In this document: positions 49,494 to 61,890 of the stretch, piece after piece
Position numbering within the stretch: position 1 is the first letter of the stretch
Layout of the letters: every line of letters starts with the position of its first letter
Assembly: GCA_052327205.1 (NCBI GenBank)
Contig: CM126207.1
Span: 33,666,001-33,730,000 of the forward strand
Reading direction: 5' to 3'
DNA: 64,000 bases
From: Somniosus microcephalus
Taxonomy: Eukaryota
Made by a program: the position numbers and the translations under genes
The notes under the pieces: model-generated
The model's database searches: none
Told to the model about the DNA's origin: nothing
Seen by the model: only the letters and a program-made list of their open reading frames with translations

Positions 49494-52400
49494 ACTTAAC
49501 AACAACTAAACTTGGTGGCCTTAAGGGGATATAGATCCATCCTTACAAGAGGATAATACCTTGCTATAACACTCCAGTTTATATCATTCACTTTACCGTG
49601 ACTAACGCCACGAGAACCACTGGTTTATTACATTTCTTGGTGTGTCGTTTAATCTGCTGAATATCATTTTTGCCTCTGCTTTCACTTTCCAGCATCTGCT
49701 TTTGGTCAAGCAGGCAAGGGGAGAGGTTTCCTCAGAGATATTTTGGGCTTTGGACCTTAGGTAAATATTTGCCATCAGGCAAAATCAGTGCAAATCTGTA
49801 TATTCCAACATTGCCTGTTCTAATTGCAATCCATTCTTTGACACACTAGTTCAGCCATTTGAGAAACAAAAAGCTCATTGTACTAAACATCTATAATTTG
49901 TATCATTTTTGCAGCAACTTGTGTAACCTCCTCAGTTGGTTAAGAAATTTCTATTTCGTGTGGCACTGTGTTGCTGTCCCACCAACAATGGTTGTAAGAC
50001 CCTGAGTAGTACAGATTCAGCAGCTTGAAAGAGGAGAAAGCACAGAGTAAAAATCCTGATAGTTTAAAGAATATTTTCCACTTAAGCCAAACTTTCACCT
50101 CTCCAGCTGGATAAGTATCTAGTTACCGCCATTTGCTCTACCAGTTTGTCGTTGACAGCACTGCTGGAGTTGGCAGTAAACAGGTAATGTAAAACCCCTA
50201 GTGTACTGGAAAGCAGAGGCAGAGCGCACCACCAGAGCTGGTGCTTTCCACCCGCACTTTTGACAGAAGGGCTGCTTCTGCCTTGAAAAAAGTGTATGAA
50301 CACTTAACATGTTCATCCAAAATTCCTTTGTCTGCCATTTTAGCAGAGACATATTAGCTTGGTTAAAATAAATTAACACCTCGGCTAAAATTGCACACAA
50401 AAGAGTTTCAAACAAAGACAATTAAATGTTTGTAGCTATAGTCTCGCAGGGCAATGTCAAGGTCAAAGTATTTTTTTAGACTTGCCCCAGTTGACTGGGC
50501 TTGTGCACAAGCACAGTCTGTCCTCAGCAACACTTTCTTCCTTTCACTCTCATAACTTCCCAAATGTCTGGAGAAACTGCAGAGCTGAACGGTAGTGACA
50601 CTGCTTCACTTGCCATTTGAAGGGGAATCAGAGCACGTCACCTCGTCAACCTGGTGGCAGCCATGCTTTTTAATGCAAACTGGAGTGGTGAGGGGAGGGG
50701 TTACTAACAGTGCGGCTGGTAGTTGAATCACTCCTTGAAGTAGTTCTCGGATATAAAGGAGCTAAAAGTACAGTTCATACACTGGCTTTACTACAGTAGA
50801 AGAAATCCTTGCTTTTGATAAGTTTCTAAGGATGTGTAAACATCCGTGCCATTTGTGCGAACAGAATATAAAAGGAAGTTTCATCCCTTTACTTACCCTG
50901 CGATCAAGGCCTGCCTAAAGCACAATATTCTCTTCAGTTCCCCAGTCTGCTATACGGGGCATCATTATTCCTTCCTGAAATATTTGGTGCTAACATTACC
51001 CCAATCTCACCCGATCCACAGCCACCCCCGCAGCCACAGCAATAGATTATGCTTCCCCCCCACCCACCCCCCTTTTTTTTTAATACGTTTTCCTTTAGCT
51101 GTCTTCTCAGCAGATTCACTTGATGAATGTGACATGTTTTGTGTTTAGCCCTCCCTCATTGAATTTGAAAGTTTGGCTAATGCAAAACAAGGAGGGACTT
51201 AAGACAGTATTTCAATAGACGTTAAATCTTTCAAGGTTAGGACTTAACCTCCGTTCCTCTTAATTCATCTCCAAAACTTTAGTGCAAAGCCAATCAAGAA
51301 TATCAGATGATACTTAACAATGAAGGATTTCTGATATTCAGGTACAGCTTTATTTCAATGGGATTGCAAATGCTTTGTGTAGTGAGAGTCGGTTTTACTC
51401 TAAAGTACTGTCACAAAAAAGTGAAATTACCATTTGCTTCGAATGATGCCATTCATCATTGTCAGAATACTAAGCATTGTAAGTAGCTAGGGCCTCTCCA
51501 AATTAATGCCTTGTTTTGCATCAGCTAAATTTCCCAAATCCAGGAGGATGGGTGATACGATAACACATCTCACTTGTCTCATTTCTCAATAGAATGTGAA
51601 ATGCACAGGGAAGATTTGAGGCCGAAGAAGCTTCACTCGAGCCTTGTGTTTTTTTTTATTCTGATTTATTTTGAAAAAAGATAAATCTTTTACCAAAACA
51701 ATTGAATGTATTTGTACCTACAATAGGTTTTACACTTTATTATATATCGGCTGAGGGAATTAAACCAATGGAATTCGTAAATTTAATAAAGAAGTTGCTC
51801 AGCTGCAGAAAAAGTAACCGATACTGAATGAGACTGGCAACAAGATGACATTTCATTCAACTTATACTGGTTTCTGTTTTCATTATAAAATTTGTAAAAA
51901 TAAGTCTTTCCTTATTATTTGTTTCACATTAAAATGCAGCTCCATGGAAACTGAACTTCTCTCAGCTCAGCACCAGTGCGGCTGATTGTACGCACCATAC
52001 AGACCGAGCACAATTTAACCGTCTCCTTAGCAAGTCTGCAATAATAAGGTCATGAAGGTTGCGACATGGAGCTATGTCGATGTCATTTGGCATCACACTG
52101 AGGCTCCTGGATGTGATGGTAACCCCTAAAATAATTATGACACTGGCAACGATATTCCCAGTAAAATTTCAATTGCATGATATATTGTATTTAAATAGAT
52201 ATTTGTTTCGCGGTGAGGTTAATGTTGTCTGATATTGCATTGGGAATTTAAAATATGTTATCAGTAACCTTTTATAAATTTCAAACACTGCAGGAGTTAC
52301 ATACTGCAAAATCAAAGTGAGAAATGGGTCGGTTGATCAGAATTGATTTGTGTAGAAGATGCACAGGCTGAGCCTGTCAGGCTCCTCTCTTGCTCAAACC

Positions 52401-53752
52401 CATTGAGGATGACTTTTCCCGGTGCTGCTATAAGGTCAGGTTTTTAAACCACCTGTGACATCCTGCAGCCATTCCCTTCACTGATCCCCACCTTTCCATA
52501 GCCTCGTATCTGTATGACTGTGGAATCAAACAAGACAGCGATCAGACTCCAATAATGGAATGTCTGCTTCAGCTGTGGGAACATATGTTGCAATATTTTC
52601 ACTGAAGGACATTGCTTGAACCAATTAACTAATTGAAATAAGCGCGGAGTTATTTTTAAACAAGGCGGAGGAACTTAGTCCAATCATGCAGTGTGCATTG
52701 GTGTACTAAGGTAGGACAGTGATTGGACAGAAATAAGTTTCCAATGTCAGCCAAGGTCACTGATCGATGAGACGCGATGGGAAGGGGAAGGAAGGTGAGC
52801 AGAGGCAAGGCGCGTTTCCCTAAGAGGGCAGGTTAGTACAGCGCAAAGGTAGCAGAAACCAATCAGCTCTCCAGCCAGAGCCATTTTCACACAGTGCCTA
52901 GGAGCCCCTTCAAAACAACATTGACAAAGCCTGGGAACAACAACAACAACAATAATAATCACATCAACATCTTGTATTTGTATTGCACATAGAAAATGTC
53001 CCAAGGCACATTGCACAAGGAGGAGCAGAAATCAAACAAGTTGCAACCACCCGCTCAGTCAGCAAATAAAAAGTAATGCTGTGGCAGGGGAGAGGAGAGC
53101 GTCAAAGTGGAGAACAAAATATTTAAAATGGGACATAAAATTAGATTATTTCAAAGTAAAATCAAGTTAAAAGGGGTTGGAGGATTTCCCAAAATACAGG
53201 CAAATTTGGTCTCAAAACGTTATGATCCAAAATGTGTAATCCTTAGTATTCACAAAGAAGCATTTCATCCTATAAGACCTTTTTCACGCAGACTTTTCTC
53301 TTTTGCCTGAAGTGCTGAAGGACTTAAACTCTGCCAGCTGTTTGACCAAGAAATCTGGGATATCATCTTTTTGAGGCTGATAGATTTTTAAGGGACTAAC
53401 TGCTATAACATTTTAATGTGAGTAGTGTGGTCTGATTTGCATTTAGTTACTGGCAACTGTTTTTTGAAAAAATGTAGATGTTCTCCAAAAATAACAAGGA
53501 CTGGAGTTAGAAGTAAGCCCACTCCTCCCAATCTTCATTGATGTATCACTTTTTATATATTATGTGGAAAATTTGGAATGGAGTCCTCTTTTTTGTAAGC
53601 TTGCATCTCTTAGAAAGACATGGGTCTCACTGGGCCCGACGAGGTTGATGTTTCCAGCAGCATGACTTGTTTGAAGAGATAAGCTGAGGCTCCCATCTCG
53701 TCTTTCCTGAGCCTAACCCTAAAAAAAGCCTACTATTTCTGCAAAGAGTTAC

Positions 53753-55187
53753 TGGTCCAAACATGGACAAAGGAGCTGAATTCCAGAGATGAGGTGAGAG
53801 TGACTGCCCTTGACATGAAGGCAGCATTTGACTGAGTGTGGCATCAAGGAGCCCTAGCAAAACTGAAGTCAATGGGAAACAGGGGATGAACTCTTCATAG
53901 GCTGGAATCATACCTAGCACAAAGGAAGATGTTTGTGGTTGTTGGAGGCCAAACATCTCAGCCTTAGGATATCACTGCTGGAGTTCCTCAGGGCAGTGTC
54001 CTAGGCCCAACCATCTTCAGATGATTCATCAATGACCTTCCCTTCATCATAAGGTCAGAAGTGGGGATGTGTGCTGATGATTGAACAGTGTTCAGTTGCA
54101 TTTGCAACTCCTCAGATAGTGAAGCAGTCCATGCCCACATGTAGCAAGACCTGGACAACATTCAGGCTTGGGCTGATATGTGGCAAGTAACATTTGCATC
54201 ACACTAGTGCCAGGCAACGACCATTTCCAACAAGAGAGAGTCTAACCACCTCCCCTTGACATTCAATGGCATTACCATCACCCAGAGAGTGGTGAACCTG
54301 TGGAATTTTCTACCACAGAAGGCAGTTGAGGCCAATTCATTAAATATATTCAAGAAGGAGTTAGATATATTTCTTAAGGCTAAAGGGATATGGGGAGAAA
54401 GCAGGGCCAGGGTACTGAATTTGGATGATCAGCCATGATTTCATTAAATGGCGGTACAGGCTCGAGGGGCTGAAAGGCCTACTCCTGCTCCTATCTTCTA
54501 TGTTTCTATTTTCTATGAATCCCCCACCATCAACATCCTGGGGGTCACCATTGCCCAGAAACTTAACTCACCAGTCACATAAATCCTGTGGCAACAAGAG
54601 CAGGTCAGAGGCTAGGTATTCTGCGGCAAGTGACTCACCTCCTGACTCCCCAAAGCCTTTCCACCATCTACAAGGCACAAGTCAGGAGTGTGATGGAATA
54701 CTCTCCACTTGCCTGGATGAGTGCAGCTCCAACAACACTCAAGAAGCGCGACACTATCCAGGACAGAGCTGTCCGCTTGATTGACACCCCATCCACCACC
54801 TTAAATATTCATTCTCTCCACCACCAGCGTACAGTGGCTGCAGTGTGTACCATCTACAAGATGCACTGCAGCAACTTGTCAAGGCTTCTTTGAAAGTACC
54901 TCCCAAGCCCGCTATCTCTCACACCTAGAAGGACAAGGGCAGTAGGTGCATGGGAAAACCACCACCTAAAAGTTCCCCTCCAAGTCACACACCATCCTGA
55001 TTTGGAAGTATATCACCGTTCCTTCATTGTCACTGGGTCAAAATCCTAGAACTCCCTACCTTCATCACGTGGACCACATCAGTGGTTCAAGAAGGCGGCT
55101 CACCACCACCTTCTCAAGGGCAATTATGAATGGGTAATAAATGCTGGCCTTGCCAGCGATGCCCACATCCCATGAAGGGGAAAAAAA
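53753..55187 (+). mobile_element. CR1-group LINE (family of 27893-29619), degenerate, with nested insert
   Basis: Collinear RT (GVPQGSVLGP, CADD), ATRAGQRLGILR..YSPLAWMSAA, same 3' tail. Confidence 0.9.
54281..54514 (+). mobile_element. CR1 3' fragment of a different family, nested in 53753-55187
   Basis: TQRVVNLWNFLPQKAVEA..FKKELDIFL, then GGCCTACTCCTGCTCCTATC and (TTCTA)-type tail; the host resumes at GAATCCCCCACCATCAAC. Confidence 0.9.
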
Positions 55188-56398
55188 GTCTACCGTTAAG
55201 CAATACCGCTATTTCCAGTAACAAGGCATAATGCGCTGAGAGGAGGCTGCGTTAGCCAATAACCCTAGCCCCTACTGCAGTGCTGAAATAGCCACAGTGC
55301 CCCCTCCCTCTCCCATCACCATTGCAGGTTATATATACAAAGAGTAGCTGCCACTGTATAATTGGATGCTGGATTACTTGAGATCATTCCAGGATCATTT
55401 TCCTTTCTTCTCCCTCCCTGTCTGCAGCACTTAACCTCCAGTTGGAGATGCAGTTATGTTTAAGTTTGTATCTTAGAAACCACGAGATACCAAGGTGGGG
55501 TTTTCAAGCATGATTTCCATTTGAGCTTCCCCTGGGGTATTCCTTTAAGAACTTTTAGGTATAAAGGCAGTGAGCCAGGCACTGTCGTTACTGGGAGTGT
55601 GGCTATCTCATACATGAATGGTGACACCAGGTGATCTTTATAAGGTCACAATCATCCCTCAATGGCTGTCCTACCTACCAGGATGATTGTGAGCTGGTGA
55701 GTGATACTGAATGGAGAGACCATTCCGTCTCATGGTCAGAAGAATGAACATCAGTGCCCTGTCAGTAAGAGGGGGAACTCTATCTAAAACCGGGTGGTGG
55801 ATCGTCTGTGAGGCTTCTCTTTATATTCCAGTTGGCCTGCAGCAGTTGCAGTCAGAGAGAGTGGCATTTCATCCACTGTAGTAAGGAATTAGGTGTTTGT
55901 GGCTCAGGATATGGCCAGGCAAATGACCTTGGCATCTGTCAAGGGGGCTTTTGATTATTTCCCCTTCATCTGCCTCCAGATAAGCCATCTAGCAAAAGGA
56001 CGTATTAAACACTGCCTCCTTCAGTAAGTGTAAAATATTAAAGCATTCTGCAACAAGTAAGGAGGAAGCAAAACCATTCTTTATCCAAAAAGCCAAAAGT
56101 AAAGACCTTTCTTGGCAATACCAGCCTGTCCCTTAAGAACAGGCAACTCCTAAACCCCATCTCTGGAATCAGTGGCACCAGGTTTTTCAGGAAGCAGTTT
56201 GCCCCCTGAATTGCACCCAGTGCTCTGAGAGGAAATTTGAGTGCATTTGCATTTGCATAAAATTTCATTGCTGTGTCTTCGTCAGACACCAGAAAAGCCA
56301 TAGAGGAAGTTCACGTGCAGTGCTATTCAGGAGCAAAATGGGAGCAAAGGATTTAGCAGCCATTCTTCCTCTGCGCTGCATTCATTTTTGGGGCAAAA

Positions 56399-56752
56399 GT
56401 TGATGAAGGATTTGATAGGGTAGGTAGAAAGAAACTATGTCCTCTGGTTGGGGAGTCCAGAACAAGGGGGCATATCCTTAAAATTAGAGCTAGGCCGTTG
56501 AGATGTGATGTCAGGAAGCACTGTTTCACTCAAAGGGAAGTGGAAATCTGGAACACTCTCCCAAAATGCTGCTGAGGCTAGGTCAAATGAAAATGTAAAA
56601 ACTGAGATTGATAGGTTTTTGTTGGGCAAGGGTATTAAGGGATATGGAACCCAGGTGGGTAAATGTTGTTAAGGTACAGATCAGCCATGATCTAATTGAA
56701 TGACGGAACAGGCTCGAGGGGCTGAATGGCCTACTCCTGTTCCTATCTTCCT
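56399..56752 (+). mobile_element. CR1 3' fragment
   Basis: GESRTRG..LKIRARP..WNTLP and tail GGGCTGAATGGCCTACTCCTGTTCCTAT. Confidence 0.85.
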
Positions 56753-57563
56753 AAGTGACCTTTACAGTGTTAAATAAGGTGAAACATCACTGTGTGTATA
56801 GTTCCTGGCCACTCAGCTCCTCACCTTTAAGTGATTAAGCCTTAAAGAAGAGAACTACTGTCCAAATGTTCTATGAAATATCTAAACAGCAATGAATCAG
56901 GATGGTTTTTTCATAGGGAGGGGTTCAATTCTAATGTTTATTATTGAAAAACATGTGGTTACACAATATATAACTCTTACCCTGTTGAATAAACGCACTC
57001 AGTATATTTACACAGTTGAACTTTAGCCCAAATTTTAATCTTTCAAGACACAGAATTTCGTATCAGCCTCACAAGTTCAAAAAAGTAAGGAGAATAACAC
57101 ACACATATGTATGTACTGTATTTCTCTCTGGCAATGATCTGCAAACTAATGTCAACTAGTTGGCCTTAGTTTGTAATTGATTGCTGTACGAGGCTTGATC
57201 TACTCCAAATGAGTAGAGACGAGTGCACAATAAACAATGGATTGCGTGTATTCTCACAGAGCTTAGAACAGAGCAATTTGTTCAAGAACATGATTAAAAA
57301 TAGATCGTGTTTGCAATACTTGTAAATAACAGCATAGCAACAAGATCCACTGATCACTGATCCAATGACCATAATTGCAACCATGATCAGAACTGTCCTG
57401 TTTTGGAGATGTATACTTACTGCCAGATCTCACGTACAGCTGGTGTAAGTGAAAGCCAGGTCACATTCTGTGCTTTTCTCGGAGACTATGGTATGGATGG
57501 AGAGAACCCAATCATCATTTAAAACTGCAATGGCAAATCAGGTGGAAAAGTTCAATGTGGAGG

Positions 57564-57976
57564 GAAAGAAGAAAGAGCTTGCATTTATATAGCACCTTAT
57601 ATGTCCTCAAGATGTCCTAAAATGGTTTACAATTACATTATTTTTTGAAGCGCAGTCACTATTATTATATAGACAATCAGCAAATGAATGAATGACTAAT
57701 TCATCTGTTTTTTGGTGGTACTGATACAGGGAAAATGCCAGCCAGGACACCAGGTGAATTGCCTGCTCTTTTTTTTGAATAGTGCCATGGGACTCCTAAC
57801 ATCCAGCTGAGCAGACGGGGCCTCAGTTTAATATCACATCTAAAGGACAACACCCTCAATAATACAGCACTTCCTCAGTACTGCACTGAAATGTCAGCCT
57901 AGAAGACATAGTGGGGCTTGAACCCACTACCTTCTGACTCCAAAGCAAGAGTGCTACTAAATGATGCAAGTTGGCA
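57564..57976 (-). mobile_element. Deu-domain SINE, diverged
   Basis: Reverse complement of the other copies (AGTGCCATGGG, CTCAGTACTGCACTG, GGGCTTGAACCC). Confidence 0.8.
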
Positions 57977-58384
57977 ACATCAGGGAGGGGGAACATTCAG
58001 AGAAACTGAGGTTTGGGATTTTAAATTTTGCAATTAGGAGACCACTCCTAGGTTTTTTAGGAAGTGAAAAAAATGGAACCAAGGAAAACCTGATTTAAAT
58101 GTAACAGCGCACCAACCTTTAGGCTGTGAAGCACAGGTTAGAGACCCTTCCTCAACAGATCCATGGCCCTAAATCCACCTGAATTGCAAGTTATAGATGT
58201 AAAAGATGGATAGTCCAATGCAACAGCCAACATATGTAAGGTGCACAGCCAACTGGAGGACAGGGAAGATTATTCCTCACTGTCTCCCTCCTTGCCTATT
58301 GGTTAACTACATAACTATGCTTTGGGGGATGGGGACATTATCTAAACATCTGTCTGTTGTTTGTACTAAATTTACAGCATAGGA

Positions 58385-58400
58385 GACCACTAGGGGGAGA
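58385..58400 (+). promoter_or_regulatory. Candidate CTCF site
   Basis: GACCACTAGGGGGAGA closely matches the CTCF core CCASYAGRKGGCRS and lies outside recognised repeats. Confidence 0.45.
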
Positions 58401-60810
58401 AAATAAAGGAATAAAACAGCAATAAAATAAAAGGAGCCGAGGTTTCATCAGTTTTAGTCAGTATTCCGCTCATCCCTTAATTTTACACCTTGAATATTGA
58501 TTTGAATGTTGATTCTACAAGGACTGTACCCAGTAATGAGCTTCTATAAGGTTATAATGCATCTGGTTTCTGGGCAGCTCTTTTATTCCATTCACGTCAC
58601 GTTGTTCCTATTTGCATGAATTGACGGTTTTGCAGTGGACTAGATTAAATTGAGTCTATAATTAGAATAAGTTAATATTTTAGTCCATTCACATATAGCT
58701 GACTTCCTGCTGAACAGTTTTACATCAATAACAAATTTATCAACATTTATAATTCCAACAGCTTTATTTGCATAATAATGTCTCCAATTAGAGTCTTAAC
58801 TGATTTTAGCCAATATAAGTCCACCAGGATATGCTTCAGGAGGTTTTTTAAATTTCTCCTCCCCTGACTTTAACCTGCTACTGCAGATACCCATCACAAC
58901 ATGTTAGTGCCATTACGATTACATGAATGATGTCACTGTCTTCGCCAAAGCTATACAAAAGGGCTGGTGTTCAAAATTCTGGCTCTCAAACAGTATGTAC
59001 CTTGTCCAACTACATAACTTCAGAATCGTGCTTATGGTAACATGGTTTCTGCAGGTTAGGAACATCATATGTTTCACTGGCAGCTTGCTGTGTCTTTGTG
59101 TGTTGAAGCAAATGAAATGATCCAAATTAATTGTTGAGTTCAATTACATTATTTTGAATTTCTTAGGGAATAAAAACTGTTGCTACCCAATAACGGAAAT
59201 AACTGAAATACAACAAAGTGGATTTTTTTTTAAATACCAAAATGGACAAAAAATATTCTTAGAAAATATTTTTTAAAAACCACAAAATCTCTGGGCAGAA
59301 GATGTCAGTAAACTTGTAACGTAAAGACTCCCACAAACTAATCCTGTTGATTAGTTTCGATGACTAGCCTACACAACATAAAGATAAGTAGCCATTTGCT
59401 GTTGCCAAATCTAAATAAATAAATTCACAATTTGTTTTTCAAATTTGTTGACCTGTGTTAATGTAGCGAGCTTGTCCACCCAATGAAATATTAAATTAGC
59501 TACTCTTTGCCACTGCTTAACAGAATCTCTTAAATTAAAGAGTAAACTGGTCAGCAAAGTAATGGATAACACATGTGATACACCAAGGATTCACAGGACA
59601 AGGGCTGTCTTGGAACTTTTTGGCTTGATCTTTAATACTTTTACATCTATGTGGGAAAAGAATCCTGTGAGGCACTTTTGGTTAAGTGTGTGCATACAAT
59701 CCATATTTACTAAATCCTTAAGAATGATATTGCCTGCCTTACTGGATGATAATTACAGCACCAAGGTAAATGAAAGCATCAAATGAGATGTTAGATGATG
59801 TTGTGCTAATTTACTACTTTAACAACCATTAAAAAACCTCTTGATCTTTGTTAATGACTCTGGCTCATAGCTAACAGGTGGTGAAGCGTGGTAAATAGTA
59901 TCCAAACCAAAAGTTACAGGAGTGAATGCCATGTTTCACAGAGAAAATAAAAAATGTGCAATTGGCCTACGATTTATGGAAAGGAAAGAACAGTCTTACA
60001 GCCCTATCAAAATGTCATCGACTTCTTTCTATGAATAGGGTAAGAGAGTTGAAAAAAATGAGCCAAATATCTTTAAAATACTATAGGATGGCAAGCAATG
60101 AAAAAAAGTACCTGTAGATGAATAATTTTAAAATGGCTGTACAACTAAAGGCAGTGCATATAAGAGCTGAAAAAGAATCCAAGGCTTGAGATACTGTTCA
60201 AGATGAAGAGTGACTGCTGCTAAATGGAGAGTGACGTGAATTTTTTTAACATTATGAAGGAGGTGCTGGCCGTGTCCACTGACTCCTCAGATTGTGGTAG
60301 GTTATTTTACATTATGTCACTCGCGTTATATAAGTATTGTAGTCTAACGTCAAACAGATGTCAATATTGCATGATATGGCATAGTATAACATATAAATTG
60401 TTCTCTTGTATCTACATTTTTAAAGAAAATTGAGTTCAAGACATATAAAGCAGTCTTTTTAAAACTCTTCTTCAGCTGAGGTAGAGTACAAAGTAATAAT
60501 AAATAATTCCAATGCTCATTTATTCACAGATGATGGCTAAATCTTTTCACAGAGATCCAATTATCAGAGGAGGAATAGGAAGATAACTCCAAAGATTTGA
60601 AAGAAGGGGAAAGGCTGGGATTGGCTAGCTCTGGAAAGCTGACATCTGATGGACAACCACAGCTCGGAAAAAATACAAGGAGGTCATTGCTAACATTCCA
60701 GGACCCTCCACGGGACCACTCAAAAATAAGTTGAGGCTCTATGAGAAGCTCTCCAAAAATAATTCACCCGGATTCAGACACAGGAAATAACTCAGGGCAG
60801 CAAAAACATT

Positions 60811-61643
60811 GGGCTGGATTTTAATACTGGAGGCGTGTAGGAGGCGGGACTACAACTTTCGGGGTTGTAGTCCCGCCTCCATTGAGTTGTGGCCAACCCA
60901 CACGATTTTCACTTGATTGACCTTGTTGAGCCCGCCCAGCGGGCTCAGCAGGCTAATTAAGGACCACCCAGCAATAGGTGATGTCACAGGTTGACATTTC
61001 ATCTGTCAAGAGCTTTTGACCGATGAAATATCAGCGTTTGACAGCTCTTTGAAGCTGTCAAACACTGACAATCTGTACTCCAAGTTAATTCCTTCCTCTC
61101 AGGCTGATTTAGAGATCTCTCCAGAATAGAAAGCTGAATGCTGCAACTTTTGACAGCTCGCGGCCATTCTGCTTTCTGTGCCGGTGAGATGAGGGACTCC
61201 CGAGACCTGAAGGAAGGAAGGCTGTAAAGGGAAGTAAAACTTCTTTAAACACTTTACACACACCAAACACACTTACCTCTGCACTCATGCACCCATCACT
61301 CACCTGAACAACGGACATCTAGAACCCTCCAAGCCCTTCAGCCCAACGGTCCACCTCGCTAACTTGGCGTGGTTTGGAGCCGTCGGGAATCCCACACTTC
61401 AGGAATAAAAATAGGGATTAGGCTAAAAACTGCCTGTTAACTACCTGTTAACAGGCAGTTAATTGGCACTAATCCCCTTCCCGCCTTGGGGAGGTGGCCC
61501 CCAGCATAGGTCGGGTATCGACCGCCTTTGAAACTGGCATGGAGGCGGGTTGGGGCAGGATGGGTTCGTGCCCCCCGATTTCGAGATTTTAACTCCCCAC
61601 ACACCTCCAATCCCGCCTCCACGGCCCAATGAAAATCCTGCCC
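60811..61643. mobile_element. PIF/Harbinger non-autonomous element (833 bp)
   Basis: TIRs GGGCTGGATTTT / AAAATCCTGCCC; TSD ATT at 60808-60810 and 61644-61646. Confidence 0.9.
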
Positions 61644-61666
61644 ATTGTCTCTTTACAAGAACTGTG

Positions 61667-61890
61667 CTCGAGGAACAGCACCTCATCTTCCAATTAGGCA
61701 CTTTACAGCCTTCCGGACTCAATATTGAGTTCAACAATTTCAGATCATAACCTCGGCCCCTATTATATTTTCAAATTTTTTATCCACACTTTTGGTTTGT
61801 GCCCTTTCATTTTTTTTTCTCTCTCCTATATGGCAGCTGTCTCTCACTCTGCCAGCGCATCTCACACTTCATCCAGAGCCATTGTTTGTT
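61667..61890 (+). mobile_element. Penelope-like ORF C-terminus and 3' UTR, cut by the CR1 insertion
   Basis: LEEQHLIFQLGTLQPSGLNIEFNNFRS* matches the reverse complement of 1940-2010. Confidence 0.8.

Noticed and set aside
57421-57524. Minus-strand exon-like unit (TTGCAG ... GTAAGT)
   Set aside because: All three frames hit stops before the strong donor; at most a non-coding exon, and unsupported.
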